Position numbers and translations under genes: made by a program. Of a DNA stretch of 64,000 bases, positions 47,371-58,051 are shown in pieces; position 1 is the stretch's first letter, and each line of letters begins with the position of its first letter. The stretch covers positions 62,001-126,000 of the forward strand of contig OZ287707.1 in NCBI GenBank assembly GCA_965649825.1, read 5' to 3'. Source of the DNA: Penicillus capitatus (taxonomy: Eukaryota > Plantae > Chlorophyta). Under the pieces are notes generated by a model. It was not told the origin of the DNA. It made no database searches and worked only from the letters and a program-made list of their open reading frames with translations.

Positions 47371-48248
47371 TCACTTTCTTTTCCCCAGCTTCTGAAAAAA
47401 CTCAATGCCTTTGGAGATTGGACTCCCTGCTGCAGTAGCATTGTAAAAGGCCGTCTCCAACTCGAACTGTGTCGGCCGCGTCGCCTGTTGACCAATCTGA
47501 TTAAACTGCTGGCCATCTTCCAATAAAATGAACCATTTTGCATCATAGCCTCTCTCCTTTTGCCAATGGAACAGGGCGCCATTCTTCTCTGCATAGACAG
47601 CACAAACGCGCATAAGGAGCCTGAATCAGATATAGATATCTGTGTACTTTGAATGAAGACCTTCACAGCCAATGGCATGAAGCAATAGACCGTGTTGAAT
47701 GCCCGAAGGAAAGATGCCTTCTCCTGTTTGAAGTCCTCGCTGAATTCTGGATTGAAGAGAAGCACCGTTTCGCCACGCCATGAATCGTCTAGGAGCTCAA
47801 ACAAGGCATCTTCCTGCTGCTCTGTTGGACTGAAGATTAAGAGACGCGATCCCAATGTCGTCTTCAATGCCTGATCCATGTGCACAGCTTTGTTCTTCAT
47901 GAACCGATCTCTGGCAGCATCCACGAGATCCTTTCTCGAATAGACAACGCTGGTGCCAGTTATGCCATCAGCTTGGAGAGCATCGACCAATTGCTCTGTC
48001 AAAAAGAGTGAGTTTTCTACACTTGTGTCTACAATAGGTATCTCAGCACAGATTCTGCGCAGGCTCTTCATGCGTCTTGACCTCGATCCCTTCTCCCCGA
48101 ACAGATTGACACGGACAGAACGGCATGCCTGAGAAACACAGGCCTCGAACGAGCGAGGGATATCGGATGCCGATGCGTCGGCTGCCGCGACCGTCGTGAC
48201 GCGGCGTGACGCGATCTGAGGTGATCGCATCGTCAAGAAACACGGCAT
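47371..48248 (-). CDS. DUF1995 (LPA3-related) putative plastid protein; alternative start 48230
   Basis: Transit-like N-terminus, PRSFEACVSQACRSV, VLLFNPEF, FNTVYCFMPL..GALF..W..RPT..LETAFYNA. Confidence 0.65.
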
Positions 48249-48256
48249 TTTGCAGA

Positions 48257-48577
48257 ATGTCTGGAACAGCGTTCGATGGTTCGCAGTGGCTCACAGCAGT
48301 CGAGATTGGCGGTCTGGTACTCAGTTGCTTTGGAGGAGCGGCCATCGGCGCCACTCTCATCGGAATAGGACTCGAAAGAAGAATGGCCGAGGATCCCCTC
48401 GCTGCAGAAGCAGAACTTTTACGCGAAATCGGCCCACAGAAGAAGAGAAGACGCTACGCCGCAAAGGCAACGATCTCCGCCAGCGATACGGAGAAGGACG
48501 CCGAAGCATTGATCACTCCGAACGTTGTAACTGAGAAAGGGAGACCATCATCGACAAAGTCGTCGTTTGATGCCTAA
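48257..48577 (+). CDS. Small putative single-pass membrane protein
   Basis: 106 codons with hydrophobic segment IGGLVLSCFGGAAIGATLIGIGL and basic tail; TGTAA at 48609-48613 downstream. Confidence 0.45.
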   Translation: MSGTAFDGSQWLTAVEIGGLVLSCFGGAAIGATLIGIGLERRMAEDPLAAEAELLREIGPQKKRRRYAAKATISASDTEKDAEALITPNVVTEKGRPSSTKSSFDA

Positions 48578-48841
48578 ACACTTCCACTTTAAAAGATGTC
48601 TGAACATGTGTAACGGTTATTTGTTTTTTGACCTTAAGCCGCACACACAGACATTGTTAGAGTGAAAGCCGAACGTGATGTCCAGTGTTGCCAAACGTCC
48701 AATAATCCATTTGCCAATGTTAGACTGATGGATGATGTCGAGCGTCTTCTTCCACAAATTTAGTCGATGGTGTTTGACTTACAAGTAAAAATCGCCAAGA
48801 AGCCAACGGACACATGAAGCGCTTATCCCATTCAGCTTCTT

Positions 48842-50161
48842 CTAATCAGCACCATTATAAACGGCAAATGCGCGCTCCAAGACCAATTTATCATATCCTC
48901 CCATGCATTTCCCTTCGGCGCATTGGGTCAACGTCGGGTCATTTTTGTAAGTGCGGCAACGGCAGATGAAATCTCTAGGTGTCAATCCATGCTCTTCCTT
49001 GGCGTTGGCATCGGCCCCATTCAACAGAAGAATCTGCATGATCACGAGATCACAGACCGCAATAAATGCCACAAGCATACCTGAGTCACACCCACAGCTC
49101 CATAAGCTGTCGCTTCATGAAGTGGCGTCTCCTCTTCCTCATCGGCAGCATTGACATCTGCTTTGGCTTTAATGAGAAGATTTGCGATTTCATACCTAGA
49201 AACGGCACCATTAAAAGTTTGCTCTTACCAAAGATGATGTTACTGATCAAAAGCAGGTGCATAGTGCAGAGGTGTCTCTTTCATCTCTGTGGCGGCATTT
49301 GGATTCGCCTTGAATTTGAGCAGCACTTCAACACATGCCACAAACTCGCCCATGCCGGGAATGGTGGATTTGCTTCGTGCTTCCGACGTCAAAGATGTTT
49401 CCGTCGAAGACTAACATCCATCCCCAGTCACACATCATAAAAGCGAGACAAAACAGACCTCCTTGACAATGGTATCGTAGCCGGATTCAAGAGCGTCCTT
49501 TGTTTCAAACTGATATCTAATACAAAAGCCCATGCAAAAAATCGACAAGTCTGGCTGATGGTCATTACTGGTTCGCGTAGGATGCAAAATGAAGCGGTGC
49601 AAATTTGCGATTGTTTGTGAGATTGGGGTCGGCATCATCGGCCAACAGCATACTCGCGACGAGCACGTCGCCATGGTTCGCAGCATAGTGCAAGGCTGTC
49701 GTGCCATTTGAGGTTTGTGCGTTCACGTCGACGCCAAAGTCCATCAACAACAGCAATGCTTCCAAGTTACCAATGGCCGCAGCCAGGTGAATGGGGCGAT
49801 ATGCAGAAGGCTCAGTCTTATCCTCCGGGTCTGCTCCATCCTTTATTGCCCGGCGCATTCCTTCGAGGTCTCCCTCATTTAATGCGATCCAAAACTCCAA
49901 CTGCCGCGCTGTACAATTAGAGCGACGCGGATAGAAAAGTGCGACGCACTTGGGCAACGGGCGGGTCGTCTAACAAACGTCTGGTAGACGTATGTGCGTT
50001 GACTTCGGCACCTGCAAACGGTTCCCTGTCAGCTTCGGTGTTATAGAAGACCCGCGCGGCGGGCGTGGCGTCCTACGTGGGTGTGGGAGGTAGGGGACGA
50101 CACGTGCCGAAACTGACACGAGTACTACGGCCAGAAGGAAAACAGCTGACTTGGCAAGCAT
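48842..50161 (-). CDS. Ankyrin-repeat protein with N-terminal signal-peptide-like segment
   Basis: MLAKSAVFLLAVVLVSVSA; ankyrin repeats RPIHLAA, GTTALHYAA, APLHFAS, ETPLHYA, ETPLHEA, GLTP; Cys-rich ends. Confidence 0.85.
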
Positions 50162-50483
50162 TTTTGCTGCGGTGCACACAAACAAGAGGTCGCTGAGAAC
50201 GCGCCGGTCAATTATATGATGGCGGTAAATGAAGAGACTGCGTTTCCATAATGTCACATCGTTCTCCATTCCGAGATCGCTGCTTATCTGTCATGCCCTG
50301 CACAAAGATCCTTCATCTTTTTCCGTCTGGGTGTGATGCGCAGCGGTGCGGGCATCGCCATTGAAACGAGTAGACCATGTCGCTTTCCCCGTACCACTGT
50401 CCTCTCACCTAACCCACTGGCGCTGCCTCTGTTTCGAACGTGTCCATTTCACTCGGCGAAAGGACGGAGCACCGCAGACGCAC

Positions 50484-51552
50484 ATGCACACCATCCCCTT
50501 TACGAATCCCCTCCCTCCGATGCGCCGACCTCGATGGAAGGCCTGGTGAGCGGCAACCGATTGGCCTTAGGGCCCAGGTCGTGTCCTCTATTCTAGCTAT
50601 CCGAGCTCGAAAGACTCGAAGGCTTTCGACGAAAACGCGCTTTGCAGAAAATCAGGATGCAGAGGCATGCGACGTGCCGCTGTTCGGTACACAGATCTCA
50701 TGTTCTGTTGTGCTTGCAGTGCTAAGAAGACCTATCAGTTCATTGCATGGGCTGCCTCTTTTTTTCTCTTCGGACTCGCCGCATTCGCGACGGCATTCAG
50801 ATTCTTCATCACAAAACCAAAGGGAAGCCCCTTTCCTTGGATGGAGTTCGCTGGAACACTTGCTTTGGTTGCCGGAGGAACAGTAAGAACCCTTAACGCA
50901 CTGTCCTCTCCGAATCCAGTTGAACGGGCAGATCAGTATGGAAATGTATGCCCGGTGGGCACACCGAGTATGGTGGCACGAACTGCCATCCGGATGGGCA
51001 CTGCACAAGTCACACCATGAACCACGAACGGGTCCTTTTGAAGTATGAACCCATTCTGCCTCGCCCAAAGAAAAGAGTGAGATCGTTAGGCAAACGACAT
51101 CTATGCGGTCGCCAATGCGCTTCCCGCTTTCCTTCTCTGCTACATTGGAATGACTCGACCTGGCATCGTCGGCGCTCTGCTTTTTGGTTTTGGATTGGGA
51201 ATTACTCTCTTTGGCATGGCCTACATGTTTGTGCATGATGGACTCGTCCACAAACGATTTCCAGTACGTGTCTGTCCACCAGAACACAGCTGCCGTCATA
51301 GAGACAGTGAAATCGTCATAGGTTGGACCCTTGGCCAATGTACCATTCATGAAGAGAGTGGCAGCTGCACACATGTTGCATCACGCAGACAAATACGAAG
51401 GTAAACCGTTCGGAATGTTCCTTGGACCTCAGGTATACAGAGACAGCCACGTCCACTATGTTTCCCCCCTTAATACTTGAGCACTGTTGCAGGAGCTTCG
51501 CCATATTCCTGGAGCAATGGAAGAGATGGAGAAGTTGGCGTCCGTTTTGTGA
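50484..51552 (+). CDS. CHYB: Non-heme di-iron beta-carotene hydroxylase
   Basis: MEMYARWAHRVWWH, LHKSHHEPRTGPFE|ANDIYA, GLGITLFGMAYMFVHDGLVHKRFP|VGP, AAAHMLHH. Confidence 0.93.
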
Positions 51553-51627
51553 GATCCGATATCGCGATCTCATTTCACCTGCTTCGTTTTTCGAAAAACT
51601 CCTCTAGTTTTGTGTCAAGGAATGGGT

Positions 51628-52134
51628 TTAAGAACACTGTTCATTCTCACGACATGCGTTCTCTTTCACTTTCTCCTCTGGTGCTAGTATTCCACAAGCA
51701 ATCTTGTGAAGAGTAAAGACTCCATCATGCGCCACCCAGGCCAGGATGACAACATCACTGACACCGCCCAGCTGGTGCATCAACTGAGCAGAGATGCCCT
51801 GGTAATGACAGCTAATAGGTATAATCGTCTTTGTATTAGAAGCTGCACCTGTTACCTATATGAGACGCAGAGATCTCTCAATAAATCCTGTGTGGCCGCC
51901 AGATACCTTTGTCGCGATCAATATGTGAAATCTCGCCTGCCAAGGCTTCACTTCTACGGTATATCCCTCCCGCAGAAAATTGCAGTACACACTGTACAAC
52001 TCCAATGGACTCGCCAGTGGAGGATCCAGCGCGACGGGAGTCAGTGCTTCTGAAAAGGCGACGATGGAAGGAACAGAGATGTCCTCCTTTTGTTCAGCTC
52101 CTTCGTCCGAATTCCGTCGTCTCTTGCGATACAT
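51628..52134 (-). CDS. tRNA-splicing endonuclease subunit Sen15-like, 2 exons
   Basis: LYSVYCNFL..VKPW..|..TIIPIS..VVILAWVAHDGVFTLHKIACGILAP. GT-AG intron 51856-51906; exon 2 is not in the ORF track. Confidence 0.6.
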
Positions 52135-52241
52135 TTGTTTCGCATTGTCATCGCGCCGTCATTCATGAAGCATCCATCTTTACGGCAATCCCCCTTGCGT
52201 TATTGCGAGATTTCGATACAGAACGCACTTTGGCTGTTACT

Positions 52242-53441
52242 ATGTCAGACCTGCAAAGCCTCGAGACGGCAAAGACGGCTTTGGATAAAGGACTGATCAC
52301 TCAAGAAGATTTCGACTCGGTGAAAGAAGGATTCGTTGCTGCTCAGAAGCTCAAGGCCGGGGTCGATGCAGGACTGCTCAAAGTCGAAGATTATGAACGA
52401 GCACGAGACGCTTTTTTTGAGCTGATGGGTGTCACGGGATCTCGATCCGCCCAGAACAAGTGGGACAGATCACTTCTCGGCTACAGCATTTCGCCATTTC
52501 TCCGTATTTTAATTTCAGGGTCGTGAAGAGACCAGCGGCAGCACAGACGAAGGGTCACACCGTGACATACACGCCTCCAGCTGCGCACGCATCTTCTGCA
52601 GCCTCACATCCGCCACCCAATTCTCAGTCGAAGCCAGCGCCGCCAGCAGGTGATCTTGTGAATGTCGATGTCGATGTACCTCACCTGTGCGATGTTTCAG
52701 TAAAGAAAGCGCCGCCACCTCCCACACGAGCTCCAGCCAAAAGCTCGGCAGCACCCAGAGCAACCCCCAAGACTCCGACCAAACCCGTACCCATCTACGC
52801 AATGTTATGCGCTGCGAATGACGATTTCTCTGCTGTGCCATCTGCAGACATCGATGTCGGGCATTTCTGTTCACGAGCAAGTCATTGAAGAGTTCAACAA
52901 CATGCGTGGGAAGTCAGCTGTAAGGGAACACGTGTGCCATCCCACTGTCGTCCATTCCGTCTGCTCGTAGTATCTCTGGATGACCTTCGAGATCAACGAT
53001 GCCGGGACAGAAGTCATTCTTTCGGAAACGTCAGGAGAAGGAGCAGGATACGAAGACTTCATTGGCGTCTTTTCCGACGACACCTGCAAGTATGGAGGTC
53101 CGTCGGTCATCATCTCGTATCCCTGGATCAGATCGCTGCATCTTTCCTAGTGTACGATTTCCCCTACGAGGCATCGGAGAACAGATCTTTCAACAAGATC
53201 GTGTTTTTTAACTGGTACGTCTCCACCATCTTTGCAGATCTTGCGTTACGCCGCCAACTGTTTATGATATAGGGCTCCCGACTCGGCACCCGTGAAGAAG
53301 AAGATGATGTTTGCGTCGACGAAGGACTTTCTCAAGCAATCGTTGCAGGGAATTCAAGTGGAGATGCATTGCACGGATTACGACGAGCTCGATGCGGAGA
53401 ACGTGCGCGAGGCTGTCAAAGCCACATTGACCAGACAATAG
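52242..53441 (+). CDS. ADF/cofilin with N-terminal tandem SHOCT-like motifs and Pro/Ala/Lys-rich linker
   Basis: C-terminal TSMSGISV..EEFNNMR..YLWMTFEI..CKYG|VYDF..KIVFFNW|APDSAPVKKKMMFASTKD..LQGIQVEMHCTD. Confidence 0.85.
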
Positions 53442-53742
53442 AAACGCTCGGAACGCAAGACTCGCGCTCGTTGCGCACGCCATTGTAGTCGATCGCCGTT
53501 GTTATGTTGAACAGGTTAAAAATGATGCATCCTGGAAGGATGCCGAGGAACAGACGTCTCTGAATTTTCGTCTCAAAACAGACAGAAAGACTCGACCGTC
53601 AATCTTCTCACCAAAATCAGAATCGACACAGACCAGACAAACAAACGCAAAGGCCGTTCGTCGTTCGTAACACCTACCCATCATCATCATGACATGGATG
53701 AATCAAAAATCAAAAACGACAGGAAATAATGACGCCAAATGC

Positions 53743-54616
53743 TTAGGCAGATGGGTCGTATTTTGTGGCGAACACAGCCGTGAGGCCATTCACGTTGACT
53801 GGGTCAGCAATATGGTCGGCCCAGTTCTCAACTGGTCCCTTTCCAGTGACAATGGCTTGGACGAAGTATCCAAACATGGAGAACATGGCAAGTCTTCCGT
53901 TCTTGATCTCCTTGATCTTCAACTCGGCGAAGGTGTCGGGATCGTCAGCCAGACCGAGAGGGTCGAAAGCTTCGCCGGGGTAGAGGGAGTCGAGTCCCTC
54001 GCCGAGAGGACCACCATTCACACGGTACGCCTCAGCCAGTCCCATCAGGACAACCTACGCCATGTACGCGTTAGCACGTGCCGATCGCGCAGTTCGTCGT
54101 TTCAGACCTGGCAGCCGAGAATGGCGAGAATGGATTGGGCATGAACGAGCGAAGGGTTGCCGAGATAGTCGAGACCTCCCTTGGCGAAAATCTGCGAACC
54201 GGCTTTGAACCAGACGGATTCGCCAAACTGAACACCGCCGTATCTGCTGAGAAGCTCGGGAGTCAAGCAACCGAGTGTTCCCAACATAGCCCAGCGGGCA
54301 TGGATGACTTCGAGTTCGCGGTACTTGGCGAACGTCTGAGGATCGGCGGAGAGACCGGCCGTGTCCCAGCCGTAGTCGCCAGGGAATTCACCCGTGAGGT
54401 AAGGGGGGACAGTGCCCTCGGAGAAAGGTCCGAGCCACAGAACGCGGTTCGGTCCGTAGAACTCGGCAGCGGCGCGAGTCACTTGGCGTGTGCCCTGCGA
54501 ACACGACAGGCACTCGTCGACGATGCCATAAAACGAAACCCTACCCTGCCGGCAGCGGGGACGGCGCTGCGAACGCTGGTGCCAGCGAAAGCTTTGGTCA
54601 TGGTGGAGGAGGCCAT
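53743..54616 (-). CDS. LHCBM: LHCII-type chlorophyll a/b-binding protein, 3 exons
   Basis: [53 protein letters not shown]; transit peptide [12 protein letters not shown]; strong C/G third-position bias. Confidence 0.95.
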
Positions 54617-54813
54617 TGGAGACTGGTGAGAAGAGTCGAGCAAGGAGCGAAGTGGCAAAGGCGGAAAACGGAGGAAAGCGCAAAACGAAGACTGGTGACG
54701 AAAGGTGCGATCATGGCTTATATTCGATTCTGAGACGAGATCAATCGATACACGTCACCAGATTCACGTCTGGTGAACGTACAAACGAGATCGCCAACCT
54801 CCATGTTGCTTCA

Positions 54814-55217
54814 TCAAAGCAGTGTATGACGCATTGATGGATGGATTGGACGGAAGTGGATGTCGTATCTCGATGTGACGTCCATGTCGGCACCAACATC
54901 GAAGCGCGAGATCCAGTCGCCATCAGGACGTTGAAAAGACTCCTGTACTCTCGAAGCATGCACACTGTCGACAGTTATTTGTACGAGTGAGGTATACAGA
55001 CGGATTTGACGCCCAATACTGGTCGCACAAGAGCTGATGCACTGGCAGCTAGGTTGGGAGTGGCCTTCAAAAATGCAATGTCGTCAACCACGGCACTGGT
55101 ATTCCGTGTTGCATAGATAGACTTTGCTAAGCCTTTCTTAGCTGAGGACAGCAAGCGGTGTCTCTCGTGCAGCTTAGTTCGCCACTCTGTTGCTGTGTGT
55201 GTTTTCGGAAACGACAT
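54814..55217 (-). CDS. Possible small uncharacterised two-exon gene
   Basis: MSFPK..LGVKS|gtctgt...gtacag|ESFQRPDGDW..TLL*; no homology recognised. Confidence 0.3.
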
Positions 55218-55387
55218 GACGTCCAATGAGAGTGGAATGCACATCGTTTCGAATCCTCCAGACGCGTGCCATTTGACTATAGACCGATTCTAGTCTCCAG
55301 AGTAATCGCCCATCGTCTATGGTATTATTAAGTTAGACGCAGCAAAGACATAGCCCCTATACAAACCATTCTGTATCAGCCCGATGG

Positions 55388-56500
55388 ATGTATTCGACAG
55401 CAAATACTCACGAGAACGTCGTCGAAACACATGAGGCGAAACAGAAGCATCCATCCTTCCTCAAGGTCACTGAGCAGGCACAGTGGAGATCATCATCGCG
55501 GAATCCTTCTCATCCTGCCCCTTACAACGAATTGGCCCATCTTTCTCGAAGAATGTAGCGTGGAGAATGATAAAGGACGGTGTCCGCGTTGCCCACGCCT
55601 TCTTAAGACCGGCTGAAAAGACGTTCTCTGCCGCTTCTCCTGTACTATAAAGCCCTTGCTATTCGACTTGTGTAGACGCCTCTCTTCCACAGCTTTGTCT
55701 TCGATCTCCAAAAACAAGTCAGACGGGGGCTTCATTGGATGGTTCTCGCACTTTATGCGTCCGTAACGCGTGACGACAGGACTTGTGCAATTCATTAACG
55801 GTTTCAGGTAAAGAAGGCGTCGTCATTACCATGTTGCCGACGAAGAAGGTTGAATGTTTAAAATGGATCTGTCAGTCATGCGACAGGGAGTGTATTCCCA
55901 TTCGGTCGGAATCGAGATGTCTGTGTGGACATCGCCTCAAAGAACACACCGAACCAAACTACGGGTCTGCATGACTACTGTCTTTTTGATGTCAACGCGC
56001 AGTCGTCTTTCTCGAATAGCTGCAAGAACAAGTCATGCAACTGTCTGAGTTTTTTCTTCATTGTGGCCGAAGGTTCTGCCACCGTTCACTCTAGCATTGC
56101 CATTTGATGCCGCATTCAGGCTCGTGGATTTTGAGATGTCGTTGCAAGCACAAGCATATCGATCACGATCCCGATGGACACGTTTGCAAGAAACCTAAAT
56201 GTGGATGTGACCGTTTTGACAGCCCATGGGTCTGCAATTGCAATCACCCTTGGAGCGAGCATCGACAAATGGTTTCCACGAAAGAGGTATGGACGATGAT
56301 GATCATTTCTACGCAGCATCTCTGAGAAGCAGAACTCTTGTTGATTCTCTTAGATTCTTGACATATCGAAGATGGCAGGTTCTGAAGCGAGTGCCTCAGA
56401 AATGGATGGAATTGACATAAGGAGTGGTATGGCGACAGAAGTCAATCGATGGGATCTCATCGACAGAGGACCGCCAGATGCAGATAGACAGCTGCCATAG
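55388..56500 (+). CDS. FAM221-like Cys/His-rich protein; N-terminal exons uncertain
   Basis: CIPIRSESRCLCGHRLKEH..C..C.C..FFFIVAEG|SWILRCRCKHKHIDHDP..CKKPKCGCDRFDSPWVCNCNHPWSEH. Confidence 0.6.
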
Positions 56501-56727
56501 CGAATAGAGAACAGATCTGCCAAGGAAAGAATAGACAACAACGATCTTGTAAAGATGAACATTGACAAGAAGCTACTTTAGCATCACTGTTTCCTTTTCT
56601 TGCTCTGCATTGGTTATCTTTAACATGTCATCGAGGTTAATGAAGAGGAGAGACTATGAGAGGAATAATTTGAGGTAACAGTGAGACGAAAGACGCACAT
56701 AAGAACAAACAACAGCTCCTCTGAGCA

Positions 56728-57683
56728 CTATAATTCCTTTGGAAATGGAGTTGAGGCGAAAGCTTTGTCTGTTATGCTATCCTCCTCTTTGGATTTCTTG
56801 CCCCAACTGAAGAAAGACGCCCAGCCTTGATTTGAAGCATTCGATCCACTCTCTTCATCGGGCATCGGTGATGGCAGTTCTCCTGACGGAAACTGCGATT
56901 GTGCGGTGGCCATGGCTCCTGCAGGTAATGCACCACCGTAAGGAGGCAACCCTTGTGATGTCGCAGGACCTATGTGTGACCAGACATCACTCTTTTATTG
57001 CTGTTTAAGGGAAGGCAGACCAGGTGGCGGCGGCATGCCTGGTTGCATGGTGGCCAGCGTTCGCGGAGGTGGCGGCGCCGTCATTTTGGTAATCATGATT
57101 CCCAGTCCCTCAATCATTGCCTGGACAAACAGGTATCTCATTGCCCACGTGTGACCGTTCGGTATCTCACCAAGATGGCGCCTCCCATAAGTGCGGACTT
57201 TGCAGTCGGCATCAATCCATTACGCAAGTTAATCAATCCTGCCGTCAAGGCACCTGCAGTAATGGAATTCCAAGGATCTTCCTGCAAACAGCTCAGTGCA
57301 TCTCGGCTGGATCGGAGACAGAAATCACCTTCTGTCTTAAAAAGACTAACGTGCAATCGAAACTGGAGAAGAGTCCTCCCCAAATAGCGAAGCTGCCGCC
57401 ATATCTAGGTGCATTGCCTCGGACTGCCTGTTTTCAGAAAGCACTCTGTGAGAGGCAGACAAGAAGGAAAGCGATCCGATATGTCTCATACCTCGATGCC
57501 TCCTCTAAACTTCTGTCCTGAAGGCGAGCTCCGAAGGCCTTTAAGGTAACTAAACAATCCACCACCGACGGCGCCCATACCAAAGGCTCCTCCAATGTCG
57601 TCAAGTATTCGATCAGGACACGGCTCGCGACCGTGCTCGACCGAAGTCGGACGAGGAGGTGGGGCACCCTCATACGGATTCAT
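56728..57683 (-). CDS. TIM17: Mitochondrial import translocase TIM17 with Pro-rich C-terminal extension
   Basis: [39 protein letters not shown]. Confidence 0.93.
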
Positions 57684-58051
57684 GCCTGTCAATGGAAAGA
57701 ACGCTGGAAAAGAACGCGATGAATGGACGCGTTGATGTCGTGACAGAGGTGACGTGAAATGAAAGCCGCCGGGCAGAGAGGAGAGCAGACAACAAACGAC
57801 GACGTCGGTCGTTTTGATGCCTGCGAATAATGATGCCAATGATGAACACGAATTACAAACGTTAACGCAATTTCTTGCGCTGCGTGCGTGCGTGCATAGT
57901 TGCAATGCATTGGTGCTTGCTGCTGCCTCTTGGATTTTATTTCGTGGAAAGCTGTACTCGATGGATTCGGGCCAGCTGACCTCTCGTCCCTCCGAGATGT
58001 GATCTTCGATGGATCTTCTTATTCACTTTACTCCTTGAGCATTGACGACTC

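Noticed and set aside
51909-52241. 110-codon in-frame extension upstream of the ADF fusion
   Set aside because: Better explained as antisense to the Sen15-like gene.
54078-54629. 183-aa plus-strand ORF
   Set aside because: Antisense to the codon-biased LHCII gene, a pattern typical of highly expressed genes.
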